Assembly (NCBI GenBank): GCA_049644265.1
Contig: JBARRO010000005.1
Location: 36,576 to 100,575, forward strand
Origin: Bacteroidota bacterium
Lineage (GTDB): Bacteria; Bacteroidota; Ignavibacteria; UBA10030
DNA: 64,000 bases
Direction: 5' to 3'
Shown here: positions 48,498 through 59,009 of the stretch, piece after piece
Numbering within the stretch: the first letter of the stretch is position 1
How the letters are laid out: each line of letters opens with the position of its first letter
Program-made: the position numbers and the translations under genes
Notes under the pieces: generated by a model
Databases searched by the model: none
Told to the model about the DNA's origin: nothing
What the model saw: the letters and a program-made list of their open reading frames with translations, nothing else

Positions 48498-48884
48498 ATG
48501 AAACGAGTCACCGGTATCGGCGGCATCTTCTTCAAGGCCAAAGACGCTCCATCGCTGCAGGCTTGGTACAAGCGGCACTTGGGAATCGATGTCCAATCCT
48601 GGGGCGGAGCTGCCTTCGATTGGACCGACGCCGAGGGCAAGCCGGTTGCAGGCACAACTGCCTGGCTCATCGATCCGCAAGAAAGTAATCACTTTGCTCC
48701 GAGCTCTGCTTCCTTCATGGTCAATTACCGAGTAGAAGACCTCCACGCCTTGGTCAAGGTCTTGAAGGAAGAAGGCTGCAATGTGCTCGAGAAGATTGAC
48801 GATTCCGAGTATGGGAAGTTTGCCTGGGTCATTGATCCGGAGGGAAACAAGGTCGAGTTATGGCAGCCGCCTCAAGGCCAATGA
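48498..48884 (+). CDS. VOC family protein, glyoxalase/bleomycin-resistance-like
   Basis: 128-aa single VOC module. ATG follows AGGAGG. Confidence 0.75.
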   Translation: MKRVTGIGGIFFKAKDAPSLQAWYKRHLGIDVQSWGGAAFDWTDAEGKPVAGTTAWLIDPQESNHFAPSSASFMVNYRVEDLHALVKVLKEEGCNVLEKIDDSEYGKFAWVIDPEGNKVELWQPPQGQ

Positions 48885-49112
48885 GCTGGCTCGTTACTAT
48901 CGCCTTGTTGAGCAACGTCAAAAAGAAGAGTAGGTTCTTTTGTGTTCTAACCAATTGCTCCTGTCCAACAGACGGCGGCAAGCAAGTTGAGACACTCAAC
49001 AAGCTCTAGTAAGAATGCTTCCCAACGAATCCTCCGGCTCGGTTAACCCTATTGTTCATTTACCGAAATCGAATTTTCTGTTCTCAGTTGAAACAATCGC
49101 AATAGCGCACAA

Positions 49113-49547
49113 ATGGCCTCAAGTCAATATCAATGGCTCAGGGCGGTGATCCTTTTCGGCATTTTCTACGTTGTCGTGGGCATCGGATTTGGCTCGATCG
49201 CCGGGTCGGCAGTCTCAAATGAGATGCGATTTCTGTGGCGGCTGGCCGCGTGGCTGGTTAGCGCAGCTGCTTTCGCTGTTCATATTGGGTACGAGCAGTC
49301 TCGCCTGGGCCATCCTCATCGCATAACAGCATTTCACGTATCCATGGCCGCCGCCTTGGGGGCCTTTGGCCTTGCAGTCGCAGCGAACATTCATGAGTTG
49401 TGGGCAACTCCAGGCTACCGTTCATTACTCGCTGTGGCGCTGGTGGTCTGGCCCATAATGACAGGAGTGCCCGCGTTCTTGGTTGCCCTTGCAGCTGCCG
49501 CCGGGCTCGCCCGAGTACAACGAAGGACCGATCCGAGGAAGGATTAG
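49113..49547 (+). CDS. Hypothetical membrane protein
   Basis: 144 aa with 4 hydrophobic helices. I recognise no family. Confidence 0.5.
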   Translation: MASSQYQWLRAVILFGIFYVVVGIGFGSIAGSAVSNEMRFLWRLAAWLVSAAAFAVHIGYEQSRLGHPHRITAFHVSMAAALGAFGLAVAANIHELWATPGYRSLLAVALVVWPIMTGVPAFLVALAAAAGLARVQRRTDPRKD

Positions 49548-49554
49548 TATGTGC

Positions 49555-50628
49555 CTAACCAAAGAAATCAAGCTGCGAGCCGGCGGGATGGATGAACTGA
49601 TCCGTGGAGAGTTTCAATTTGCTACGGTTGAGTCCGTACTTCGCGCAGCTTGTATCAAAAAGATGGCCAATCGCCTCAGCCAGAGGTCCTTCCCCCGTCA
49701 TCCGCTTCCCAAATTCCGAGTCCGTGAGCTTTCCGTCGCGGACACCGCGGATCCGATTCAAAATCTTCACTTCCTTGTCCGGAAATTCCCGGTGCAGCCA
49801 ATCAAGGAATAAATCTCTGACGGCGTAGGGTAGACGAACCAGGGTTTGGCCTGCCATGGTGGCACCGCGTTTTGAAGCCGCTTCCAGAATGGAAGGAATT
49901 TCAATATCGTTGAGGCCGGGGATAATGGGCGCAACGTTGACTCCCACCGGAACTCCGCTATTCGCCAAATTCTCAATCGCTTCCAGACGCCTTGCGGGAC
50001 TGGATGTCCGCGGCTCCATCTTCCTCGCCAATCCACTGCTCAAGGTCGTAATGCTGATGATCACAAACACGAGATTCTGAGAGGCCAGGTTTTTCAAAAC
50101 ATCCACATCCCGGCACACCAGTGCATTCTTCGTAATCATCGATACAGGATTGCGGTATTTGAGAAACACCTCCAGGCACTGGCGCGTGAGCCGGAGTCTC
50201 CGTTCAACAGGCTGATAGCAGTCCGTGTTTCCCGAGAGAAGGACTACCTGCGGCTGCCATGATCGCTCCCGGAATTGCTTCTCAAGCAGCCATGCGGCAT
50301 CGTGTTTGACGAGAATTTTCGTTTCAAAGTCGACGCCGGCTGAGAATCCGAGGTACTCGTGCGAGGGGCGGGCATAGCAGTAGATGCATCCGTGTTCGCA
50401 GCCACGATACGGATTGATGCTGTAAGTGAATCCCAGGTCGGGGCTGTCGTTTTTCGCAAGGATGGATTTGGTGTGATCCAGGAAGAATTTCGTGAGGATC
50501 TTTCGGTCCGGCTCGGGATCGTCAAAGTACTGGGCGATTTCCTCGGGTGCCCGCTCGACGTGAAGTTCCTCGAAGCGGTTGGGGGGATTGAAGGAAGCAC
50601 CGCGGCCAGTTTTGGAAGAGTTTGACAT
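49555..50628 (-). CDS. Radical SAM protein, PA0069/SplB-like family
   Basis: CEHGCIYC (CxxxCxxC) cluster motif, about 50 aa from the N-terminus in a 357-aa protein. Confidence 0.8.
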   Translation of the reverse strand: MSNSSKTGRGASFNPPNRFEELHVERAPEEIAQYFDDPEPDRKILTKFFLDHTKSILAKNDSPDLGFTYSINPYRGCEHGCIYCYARPSHEYLGFSAGVDFETKILVKHDAAWLLEKQFRERSWQPQVVLLSGNTDCYQPVERRLRLTRQCLEVFLKYRNPVSMITKNALVCRDVDVLKNLASQNLVFVIISITTLSSGLARKMEPRTSSPARRLEAIENLANSGVPVGVNVAPIIPGLNDIEIPSILEAASKRGATMAGQTLVRLPYAVRDLFLDWLHREFPDKEVKILNRIRGVRDGKLTDSEFGKRMTGEGPLAEAIGHLFDTSCAKYGLNRSKLKLSTDQFIHPAGSQLDFFG

Positions 50629-50636
50629 CCAAACAG

Positions 50637-50680
50637 AGAATACGACAAATTTGTCGCTTTGTCAAATGGGTGTTGACAAA
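50637..50680 (-). promoter_or_regulatory. Candidate sigma70-type promoter overlapped by a palindromic operator array upstream of the radical SAM gene
   Basis: The minus strand reads TTGACA-17 nt-TATTCT, ending 11 nt before the ATG. The spacer holds the perfect palindrome CGACAAATTTGTCG. Next to it is the inverted repeat TTGTCAA-N7-TTGACAA. Confidence 0.45.
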
Positions 50681-50791
50681 ATTGGCATGCGCGGGGTCAG
50701 CATCAACGAGGGAGCGGGAGACGACACTGAATCTCTTTAGATCCGGGTTTTCGACCTCGTGAGAGGGAGGTCGCGAATCTCTCCCACGCAA

Positions 50792-51730
50792 TCATTTCTC
50801 CTGAAACAAATACTCATTCTGCTTCTGGTACGCCAACATTTTTTCATACCATCCCGCGGCATCGTCATACTGGGCTTTCGATGCACTTGTGAGTTTCTGA
50901 ACAGCGGAGAGCATGAGGACCTGCCCGGATCCAAGCGACGATTTCATCACAGAATTCCTTGCATCCTCCCCGAAATGCGTTTTCTCAAGGGCTGCCTCAA
51001 ACGGCTCAAACTGTTTCTTCAGTCGTGCCTTCTCCTCGGCCCAGGCTTTGTTCGACTTCTTCAATTGTTCATCAACAATGGCAAGCTGTTTCTTCCATCC
51101 ATTCATGTGGATCTTGTAGACCATCTTGGGGTCGGGTCCACCACTCTCACCGGTGCTTATCTCCGGCAGTTTCTTCGTCTCCTCCTCCTGCCACGTGTCC
51201 ACCGCATTGTGCTTTGCTTCAAGCTCCTGCTGTTCCTGCATTTGTTTTTGTACCGCCTCGCCGAGTTTCTGTGCGGACTCTGCTTCGGCCTGGTTGAGAT
51301 CACTGTAGGCTTTGAACGCAGCGGTGACTGAAGGGCGCTCTGGTTGCATTGCCGCCGGCGGCGTCATCGCTTGCGACATCTGCATCGCCATTTGCATCTT
51401 CTCTTCCTGACTCATGTTCTGCATTTTCTTCTGGAATTCCGGGTCCTGCATCTTTTTCATCAATTCTCCCTGTTCCGTCCCGGGCGGCATGGAAATTTCG
51501 TTTTGGAGCTGGAGCACCTCATGAAGAAGCCCGTTGAACAACGTGTCCGAACTGCATGTTCCCGCGTAATTTGAGTCGCAGAAACATTTTGCGTGCGCCT
51601 CCTTGCTGGTAGCAGGCGGCGCGACGACCTTATCGAAGTATAGAAAGAGGTTTTTCTTGACTGGCCGCTGGTTTTGTGCGGAAATAATCGAAACTGCAAC
51701 AACGAGGAATACGAGGATTCGGAGCTTCAT
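50792..51730 (-). CDS. Secreted hypothetical protein with a Met/Gln-rich segment
   Basis: Signal peptide MKLRILVFLVVAVSIISAQ. Met-rich tract QNMSQEEKMQMAMQMSQAMTPPAAMQPE. The C-terminal half is coiled-coil-like and Lys/Glu-rich. Confidence 0.55.
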   Translation of the reverse strand: MKLRILVFLVVAVSIISAQNQRPVKKNLFLYFDKVVAPPATSKEAHAKCFCDSNYAGTCSSDTLFNGLLHEVLQLQNEISMPPGTEQGELMKKMQDPEFQKKMQNMSQEEKMQMAMQMSQAMTPPAAMQPERPSVTAAFKAYSDLNQAEAESAQKLGEAVQKQMQEQQELEAKHNAVDTWQEEETKKLPEISTGESGGPDPKMVYKIHMNGWKKQLAIVDEQLKKSNKAWAEEKARLKKQFEPFEAALEKTHFGEDARNSVMKSSLGSGQVLMLSAVQKLTSASKAQYDDAAGWYEKMLAYQKQNEYLFQEK

Positions 51731-52063
51731 TGGGTGATTCCCTTTTGTGATGGTAGGTGTCGATCGCGTGGCGGGAAGATGCTAAGAAATCAGGACGGGA
51801 ACAAGGGAGGGCATGCTGGCAACCTTGTGGATGTGTCAATGGTTGGCGCGGTCTATTTGAATATCGGGAATCTCGTTGCGCAACGGAGCAAGGGAGAATT
51901 GGAGCGGAGGAGATGTAGGGGCTCTTCCCCCCGTTCCCTTGCTTCATAACGATGGCATATAATCACAATCTGCAACAAATCACGCCTAATCCCGTAAGGA
52001 ATACAACATTTTCAGATTTTTCAGACCACCAACCAGCCCCCAGCACTTATCTAAAGAGGAGTT

Positions 52064-53839
52064 ATGAAGCACATTCGCGCATCGATGGTGTTCGTTATTC
52101 TCTGCATTGCCGGAGAGAGTTTTCTGTTCAGCCAGCAAGTGTTCGAAGTCGACTTGAACGACCGTTCTGGTGATACGTTTAAAGTGACACTGACTCCTGA
52201 ACGGTTGTCGGCGCCAAACAACATTTTTCAGTTTGCATCAACCGCCCCGGGAACCTACCAAACGATGGACATTGGCAGATTTGTCCGGGACTTCAAGGCG
52301 CTCGATCGATCGGGTAATGAGGTGCCAACCGAACACTCTTCGACAAACCAATGGACGATTTCGCGCCCTTCTGATGTTCGGAGTATCACCTACGCGGTTG
52401 TCGATATCTGGGATTCAAATGTCGACGAGCACCGGATGTTCCCCATGTGCAGCTCAACGATCTCGGACGATTTTGTCATGCTGAACGGCCAGTGCGTGTT
52501 CGGGTATTTCAGCGGCATGCAGGCGGAACCGATCAAGATCAGGCTCCGCTTTCCTTCTGACTGGAAAGTCGGCACCGCTCTCACCCGGGATGGGGATGGT
52601 TACTATCTCGCAGACGACTTTGATCAGGTTGTCGATTCGCCCTTCTTTCTGGGGAACCTCTCAACCGCGACAACCACCGTCGGTGGGGCAACCATCGGTG
52701 TGTACACGTACTCAAAAACCGGCCTCATCACATCCGATACGATGCTCGGATACTTGAAAAGCACTCTCAACGCAGAAGCGAAGTTCACCAGGGGCCTTCC
52801 GGTCGACCGGTATGCTTTTCTTTTTTACTTTGGCGCATTTTCGGCCGGCGCCTGGGAACATTCGTACAGCTCGGAGTATGTTTTCAAAGAGGACACGCTC
52901 CGCCCCTCTTACGCTGCCGATGTCGTCTCTGTTGTGGCTCACGAATTCTTCCACGTGAATATCCCTCTCAACATCCACAGCGAGCTCGTCGAGCATTTCA
53001 ACTTCGTGAAGCCCGTCATGTCGCAGCATCTCTGGTTCTACGAAGGAACGACCGAGTGGGCTGCACACATCCTCCAGCTTCGCGACAGCCTGAACACACT
53101 TACAGAGTACCTGCGTGTCATGCAAGGCATGACAAATGGCAACGACAACTACGATCCGGAAATCAGTCTTACCACCCTGGGAGTGCGTTCGACGGAGTTG
53201 CAGGACCAATATCCGAACATCTACCAGAAGGGCGCGCTCGTCAGCACCCTGCTGGATATCGATCTGCTCCGGCTGTCCCACGGCAAGACGGGATTGCGGG
53301 AACTCATCATGCAACTCTCGAAGGAATACGGCAAGAAGCGTGCGTTCAAGGAGGATGAATTTTTTGACCAGGTGGTTGCAAAAACGTACCCCGAGGTCGG
53401 CGACTTTATCAACCGGTATATCAAAGGGACGGAGAAACTTCCTTTGAAAGAGTACTTTGGCTGGCTCGGGATCACTTATAGGGAGGTGGGGGATGTTGAC
53501 AGCAGCAGGAGCGGCCTGGGAGTGGGTATCACCGCCGTCGATACCAATGTCGTGGTAACAATGGTCTACAGTGATTCGAAGTCCGGGCTCATGCGGGGAG
53601 ATACGTTTGTGAAGATCGACGGAATCCCTGTCAAGCTCGGAAATGCCCGAAAACTCTTTGGAGAGTTGACAACCCGGAAGCCAGGAAGTACCACGATCAT
53701 GACGATCAGACGCAAAGACAAAGAGATCGATCTCACCGCGGTTCTCCAGCCGCGAGTGATGCGGCATGTGTATGCTGCCAATGAGAATCCTTGGGCAGAA
53801 CAACGCGCGTTGAGAGAAGTCTGGATGAAGAATATGTAG
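52064..53839 (+). CDS. M61 family glycyl aminopeptidase with a C-terminal PDZ domain
   Basis: HEFFH zinc motif with a downstream E (…FYEGTTEW…). Signal peptide. C-terminal PDZ-like region. Confidence 0.8.
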   Translation: MKHIRASMVFVILCIAGESFLFSQQVFEVDLNDRSGDTFKVTLTPERLSAPNNIFQFASTAPGTYQTMDIGRFVRDFKALDRSGNEVPTEHSSTNQWTISRPSDVRSITYAVVDIWDSNVDEHRMFPMCSSTISDDFVMLNGQCVFGYFSGMQAEPIKIRLRFPSDWKVGTALTRDGDGYYLADDFDQVVDSPFFLGNLSTATTTVGGATIGVYTYSKTGLITSDTMLGYLKSTLNAEAKFTRGLPVDRYAFLFYFGAFSAGAWEHSYSSEYVFKEDTLRPSYAADVVSVVAHEFFHVNIPLNIHSELVEHFNFVKPVMSQHLWFYEGTTEWAAHILQLRDSLNTLTEYLRVMQGMTNGNDNYDPEISLTTLGVRSTELQDQYPNIYQKGALVSTLLDIDLLRLSHGKTGLRELIMQLSKEYGKKRAFKEDEFFDQVVAKTYPEVGDFINRYIKGTEKLPLKEYFGWLGITYREVGDVDSSRSGLGVGITAVDTNVVVTMVYSDSKSGLMRGDTFVKIDGIPVKLGNARKLFGELTTRKPGSTTIMTIRRKDKEIDLTAVLQPRVMRHVYAANENPWAEQRALREVWMKNM

Positions 53840-54023
53840 AACTTGATGGAGCTTGACTCAGGTGAGGGGCCTTTGTGAAAGGTTTGTTATAAAGAGTCCC
53901 CCCGGCAACCCTCACAAGCGTTGGGCGGGTTCCTGCGAGGCCATTGCATTCCGCCAGGGGGACCGTTTACGAACCTGAAAGAAACGGTTCAAGATACGAA
54001 CCCCGAACACTCTCCCGCAATCC

Positions 54024-54045
54024 CTAGAACTAGGGATTTTTGGGA
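54024..54045 (+). terminator. Rho-independent terminator-like hairpin
   Basis: ccctagaactaggg hairpin followed by atttttgg, about 185 nt after the M61 stop. Confidence 0.45.
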
Positions 54046-54085
54046 AAAACGGAAAAATTCGTCAGAACAAGTAAAAGAGGAGGGT

Positions 54086-54763
54086 TTAAACCAGGCCTTC
54101 TCTGAGGGCTTTGACAACAACCTCGCTTCTGCTGTGAACCGACAATTTTGAGTGTATGCTCTTGAGGTGGGAGTTGACGGTTGCGTAAGTGATGGACAAT
54201 TGCTCCGCAATTGTCGGCATCGTATAGCCTTTCACGAGGAATTGTAGTATTTCTTTTTCGCGGGGAGTAAGACTGTAGTCCGGATGTGAGTCTGGTTGAA
54301 GCGAGAAGATCCGGAGAATTTTCTGCACAATCATGGGGTCATACGGCGCCCCTCCACTCATGACCGATTCCACGCCTTTGATCACTTCCTCAACAGGAAG
54401 GCTCTTCAGCAAATATCCCTCGGCTCCGTTTTTGATGGCATTCCGAACCATTTCATCATAGTCGTTCACCGTCAGCATGACGATGTGTATAGCCGGAGCA
54501 AGGCGTTTGATGTCGGCAATCATATCCACGCCGTTCATTTGCGGCATGTTGATATCGAGGAGAATGACTTCGGGGGCTGACGCTTCCGTCTTGAGGGTAA
54601 GGAGGGCCTGCTCGGGGTTGGTAAACGTCCGGGTGCACTCGACCGAGCTGCTTTCGTTCAGGACATGGGAGAGGACGAAGCAGTAGTAGTCGTTGTCGTC
54701 GACAATCCAGACATTCGTACGTTCGCCGCGTTCATCATGCGCGCGCTGCGCCAGGTTTTCCAT
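54086..54763 (-). CDS. Two-component response regulator, NarL/LuxR family
   Basis: REC domain (…VWIVDDN…LLDINMP…) and a C-terminal LuxR HTH (…LTPREKEILQFLVKGYTMPTIAEQLSITYATVNSHLKSIHSKL). Confidence 0.85.
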   Translation of the reverse strand: MENLAQRAHDERGERTNVWIVDDNDYYCFVLSHVLNESSSVECTRTFTNPEQALLTLKTEASAPEVILLDINMPQMNGVDMIADIKRLAPAIHIVMLTVNDYDEMVRNAIKNGAEGYLLKSLPVEEVIKGVESVMSGGAPYDPMIVQKILRIFSLQPDSHPDYSLTPREKEILQFLVKGYTMPTIAEQLSITYATVNSHLKSIHSKLSVHSRSEVVVKALREGLV

Positions 54764-54984
54764 GGGTGAATCCCCTCAGAATAATTCCGCACTGCAACCA
54801 CGCAATAGTAGCAGATTTTCGAACAACTGTCAACTGTTGTCGCGACTGGAGAACATGGAAGGAGCCGATGGTACGGATTCATACGGTAAGTTTGGTTTAG
54901 GAGTTCTTTGAACTCAAGAACCATTTTCTTTAAGCTCCTATCATCCGTGTCAATCAGCTCTGTCGGCTTGTTCCGTGTTCTATT

Positions 54985-57168
54985 TCACTGGAGGGGAAAT
55001 TTCAGTCGGCGCGAATTCACGATGATGAATAGACTGCTCACAAGCATCGCCAGGGCAGCAACGACCGGTTCCAGGACTCCCGCCGCCGCGAGCGCAATGC
55101 CGATCGAGTTGTATCCGAAGGCCCAAAAGAGATTCCACCGGATGACGCCGACGGTCCTTTTGGCAAACTTCACAAGAAGCGGAATTTTTTCCAGATGATC
55201 GCCGACGATTGTGACGTCGGCACTCTCCTTGGCAACATCGGTCGCTGATCCGAGCGTTATGCCGACATCCGCTGCTGCCAGAGAAGGCGCATCGTTTATC
55301 CCATCGCCCACCATGACGGTCACCCCGTTTTCTTTCAATTTCTGAAGGATTCCCAGCTTTCCCGCGGGGAGAAGCGCGCCATATGCACGCCCAATCGAGA
55401 CAGATCCAGCGAGGGCTTTCGAGGCCTCGTGGGAGTCGCCCGAGAGCAGTGCGGTTGAAATTCCGGAGTGTTGCAGGTCTTCGATCGTGCGTTTCGCATT
55501 TTCCCGTGGCAAATCGACCAGCGCCACAACGCCACGGATTTTTCCGGCCCATCCCGCAAAAACTACCGCCTGCCCTTCTAAGTCGAATTTCCGGAATTGA
55601 TTCCGCGAACCCTTTATTTTCGATCCCACATATTGCTGATTTCCCGCAAATATTTTTTCCCACCGTCCGTTGAGCCTTACCATCCCCTCAAGTCCCAATC
55701 CCGCCACACTCTTTACGTTCTTGCTTTCGACGAGTGTTACGTTGCTCTCCTCAGCATGACGGACGACGGATTTTCCGACAGGATGTTCCGACCTCTTTTC
55801 AAGCGACGCCAGCACGGAGAGAAATTCCTTCACACCGCCGGTGGCTTCGACTCTCGAAACGCTCATGGCCCCCGTTGTCAAGGTTCCGGTTTTGTCGAAC
55901 GCCATGTTTTTCGTTGCGGCCAACTTCTCGAGAATGCCCGTTGACCGGACCAGAATTCCATCCTCGGCACATCTGCCGATTGCGATTGCTGCCGCCAGCG
56001 GTGTGCCAAGGCCCAGAGCACACGGGCAGGAAACGACGAGGACGGTGAGCGCGTGAAGCAACGCGGTCTCTGGTGACGACCAGAACATCCATGCCGCAAA
56101 GGTGAGCACTGCAAGGGCGATGACCACCGGAATAAATACGGCTGCAATTCGGTCGACCATAAGCTGAATGGGGGAACGGGAGCGCTGCGCCTCCTCAATC
56201 AGTCTTACAATCAGAGCATGCACCGTCTCTCCTTGTGTTGCTGTTACCCTGACCGTGATCGCTCCGTCGACGTTTACCGTCGCAGCAAAAACGCGGTCGC
56301 CTTCGCGCTTTGTTCGCGGCATAGATTCTCCCGTTATCATCGACTCGTTGACGCTTGTGCTTCCTTCGAGAATGACTCCGTCCAGAGGAATTCGCTCGCC
56401 CGGCAGCACTCTGATGGATTCGCCCACCGAGACGTACGTCGTCGGAATCAGGAACTCTTTTCTTCGCCTGAATACGCGTGCTTTGTCCGGCTGCAATTCC
56501 AGCAGTGCATGGATTGCGCTGGACGTTCGCAACTTCGCCGTCGCCTCGATATACCTGCCAGCCGTTACGAGAACAATGGTCATTGTCGCCGTGTCAAAAT
56601 AAACTCCGCCCTTTCCGACGAAGACCCGGTAGGAAGAGAACAGAAATGCTGCAAACGATCCGAGTGCGATGAGGCTATCCATCGACAGGCGAATCTCACG
56701 CATATCGTTGATTGCGTTGCGGAGAAACGGATAGCCGACAAGGATCATGATCGGGAGGGAGAGGACAAAGAGGAGTTTTTCGAGCGGCGGGATTATCTCC
56801 GGTTCAAGTCCCAGGGTAATCCATTTCCGGTCGTAGAGAACCCAGCTGAGGACCATGATATTCATGGAGAGAAACGCTGCGAATCCCAGACGGGCGAGAA
56901 AGAGTCCGGCATTCCCCGCTTCGCCGCGTTCTCCAATGACGGAGTTCGTAAAAGAACAGCCGTGACAGCAGAAGGAGAGTTCCACTCCGCCCACGGAGCG
57001 ACGGAGTCCACCGGCGCCAAAGGGAAGTCCGCACTGGTCGCACAGTTGCACTTTGGATGGTTGGAGCTCTTTTCTCATGGGAGGGAAAGAGGTTTTTGTC
57101 GTGGCAATCGCGAATTGCGGTGGTAGCAGACTTAACGTGCAGTGGAGGACGCTACCGGGGTTCAACAT
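54985..57168 (-). CDS. Heavy-metal (copper-type) translocating P1B-type ATPase
   Basis: CPC transmembrane metal site ([12 protein letters not shown]), DKTGTLT phosphorylation motif, GDGINDAP. The N-terminus carries CDQCG…CCHGC instead of a classical HMA fold. Confidence 0.85.
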   Translation of the reverse strand: MLNPGSVLHCTLSLLPPQFAIATTKTSFPPMRKELQPSKVQLCDQCGLPFGAGGLRRSVGGVELSFCCHGCSFTNSVIGERGEAGNAGLFLARLGFAAFLSMNIMVLSWVLYDRKWITLGLEPEIIPPLEKLLFVLSLPIMILVGYPFLRNAINDMREIRLSMDSLIALGSFAAFLFSSYRVFVGKGGVYFDTATMTIVLVTAGRYIEATAKLRTSSAIHALLELQPDKARVFRRRKEFLIPTTYVSVGESIRVLPGERIPLDGVILEGSTSVNESMITGESMPRTKREGDRVFAATVNVDGAITVRVTATQGETVHALIVRLIEEAQRSRSPIQLMVDRIAAVFIPVVIALAVLTFAAWMFWSSPETALLHALTVLVVSCPCALGLGTPLAAAIAIGRCAEDGILVRSTGILEKLAATKNMAFDKTGTLTTGAMSVSRVEATGGVKEFLSVLASLEKRSEHPVGKSVVRHAEESNVTLVESKNVKSVAGLGLEGMVRLNGRWEKIFAGNQQYVGSKIKGSRNQFRKFDLEGQAVVFAGWAGKIRGVVALVDLPRENAKRTIEDLQHSGISTALLSGDSHEASKALAGSVSIGRAYGALLPAGKLGILQKLKENGVTVMVGDGINDAPSLAAADVGITLGSATDVAKESADVTIVGDHLEKIPLLVKFAKRTVGVIRWNLFWAFGYNSIGIALAAAGVLEPVVAALAMLVSSLFIIVNSRRLKFPLQ

Positions 57169-58435
57169 CTCCGATGACCGGGGCGGGAATGAGGGGGACG
57201 ACCCTTGCGTAGGCCAGCCAACAAAGTCCGACCAGGCCGAGGAATCCCAACGTCATGCAGGCCTCAACCAAACCCAGCGGCGGAGCCTGTCCTTTCCAAA
57301 GCGAAGGGACGATTTCAACGAATTGGTAGAACCAGTTTGCAGCAAGGATGATTGCGGCAATCGCAACCAGAAACCGTGGACGCTCTTTGACGCCCCGACT
57401 CAGAAAAATGACGATGGGGAAGAAATACAGCAGAATGATGACGCTCCACTGGAATACGGGCCACGGGGGCTGTGAGAACCGAACGATGAGGCGACCGATC
57501 TCCTCTCCGAGATTACCATACCAGACCACGAGGTATTGAGACCAGTAGAACCCTCCTGCCAGCATACAAATACCCATGAGCAGCCGGCTCACGTCATAAA
57601 ACTGCGAAGTGGATACTTGCTCCTCGAGATGAAAGTACTTCCTTGCCAGGATCGCCACGATGATCGTTGCCGCAACCCCGGCGTCGAATGCATGCACAAA
57701 GTACAGCCAGCCATACATCGTGCTGTACCAATGGGGATCGAGAGACATGACGACGTCAAAACCGACAAACGAGTACAAAACTCCGTACGTGATGATCACG
57801 ACGGGAACGAGCTTCGTCAGCCTTTTTGTGCGCAGCTCCAGCTCGGCGTGGTGACCTTGCCAATTTGAAACAATGCGCTCGACCCACCGGGAATTGGGAA
57901 CCACGCCGTGGGACTTCAGCAAGCCGATATCGGGACGAATGGAAACGTACACGTAACGCAGACTCAAAGCAGAGAGAACCAGAAAATAACCGGCGACCCG
58001 CGCAAAAAAGAAGGGTTCATTCAGCCAGGCAGCCTTTTCAGGAATCGGTTCGTTGATCCACGGCCAGAGAAACGTCCGCCCCAGGAACGTCACAAGAAAT
58101 AGCAGGACACTGAGAGGAATGAAGAGAACAAATCCTTCGGCGACTCGTCGGATTGTCTCACCCCAGGTTCCGTTCGTGAGACGGTATGCCGCCGAGAACA
58201 CGACTCCCGCCTGCGCAAGTCCCGACCAGAAGCAGAAATTCACGAGATACGAAATCCACACTCGTTGCGACTGGAACCCGAGAAGTCCAACCACGAGAGC
58301 GACAGCTCCGAGCCCCGCGAAGACTCTCAATGTCCGTATGAGGGCGCGCGGGTATTCTCTGGGCGGTGCGACGAGCACGGATTCAGCCGAAAGTTGATTC
58401 ATGCTATTTCTGAAGCGTTCGGAGGTAATGAACAA
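57152..58435 (-). CDS. Alternative complex III subunit ActF-like NrfD-type membrane protein
   Basis: About 10-TM protein lying distal to the actB-C-D-E genes. The start may be ATG 58402 (MNQLSAESV), which would sit 1 nt after the actE stop. Confidence 0.6.
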   Translation of the reverse strand: MFITSERFRNSMNQLSAESVLVAPPREYPRALIRTLRVFAGLGAVALVVGLLGFQSQRVWISYLVNFCFWSGLAQAGVVFSAAYRLTNGTWGETIRRVAEGFVLFIPLSVLLFLVTFLGRTFLWPWINEPIPEKAAWLNEPFFFARVAGYFLVLSALSLRYVYVSIRPDIGLLKSHGVVPNSRWVERIVSNWQGHHAELELRTKRLTKLVPVVIITYGVLYSFVGFDVVMSLDPHWYSTMYGWLYFVHAFDAGVAATIIVAILARKYFHLEEQVSTSQFYDVSRLLMGICMLAGGFYWSQYLVVWYGNLGEEIGRLIVRFSQPPWPVFQWSVIILLYFFPIVIFLSRGVKERPRFLVAIAAIILAANWFYQFVEIVPSLWKGQAPPLGLVEACMTLGFLGLVGLCWLAYARVVPLIPAPVIGDVEPR

Positions 58436-59009
58436 TGAGCCATCGTTCGCGCGACTTTACAGCCTCATAATATGAGGGCATCACAAGGCGGCCATTGCGA
58501 ATCAAGTAATAAATGTACCCATCCGGTGCATGGTTGTACTTTGGCAGTGTCAGATCGGGGGGCACCTGAAATTTTTGTGCAACGAGTCCGTCGCCTTTGG
58601 CACCGAGACCATGACACGGTGAGCAATAGGTTTCAAACAGAAACTTTCCGGAATCCGCGTTCGTTGCCGTCCAACGCACCGGATTTACCAACTTGGCGGC
58701 GGTCGCTGAGTCTTTGATGGCGAGCTCGACTCCGTGAACCGGCACTGTTCCTTCCACGGGTGGAAGCGGGTCCTCCTGCCGCTTGAAGGACGGCTGCTCC
58801 TGCATGTCTGAGCGATAACGGTAATTGCCGATTTCACCGTTGTCGTTGGTGCAGGAGATGAGGAAGAGAAGAGCAACCAACAGGCCGGCGAGCAATCTAT
58901 AGGCAAAAGCGGAATGAATTTGCCGCAACGGTGCAGGGGGGCAAGGGTGCGCGGGGGATAAAAAATCAAGGAGCTGAGAATACTTCGCCCTCGCGGATAT
59001 CAAAGTCAT
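58404..59009 (-). CDS. Alternative complex III mono-heme cytochrome c lipoprotein, ActE-like
   Basis: Heme-binding CSPCH motif and lipobox LISCT. ATG 59009 overlaps the upstream stop, as ATGA. Confidence 0.65.
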   Translation of the reverse strand: MTLISARAKYSQLLDFLSPAHPCPPAPLRQIHSAFAYRLLAGLLVALLFLISCTNDNGEIGNYRYRSDMQEQPSFKRQEDPLPPVEGTVPVHGVELAIKDSATAAKLVNPVRWTATNADSGKFLFETYCSPCHGLGAKGDGLVAQKFQVPPDLTLPKYNHAPDGYIYYLIRNGRLVMPSYYEAVKSRERWLIVHYLRTLQK

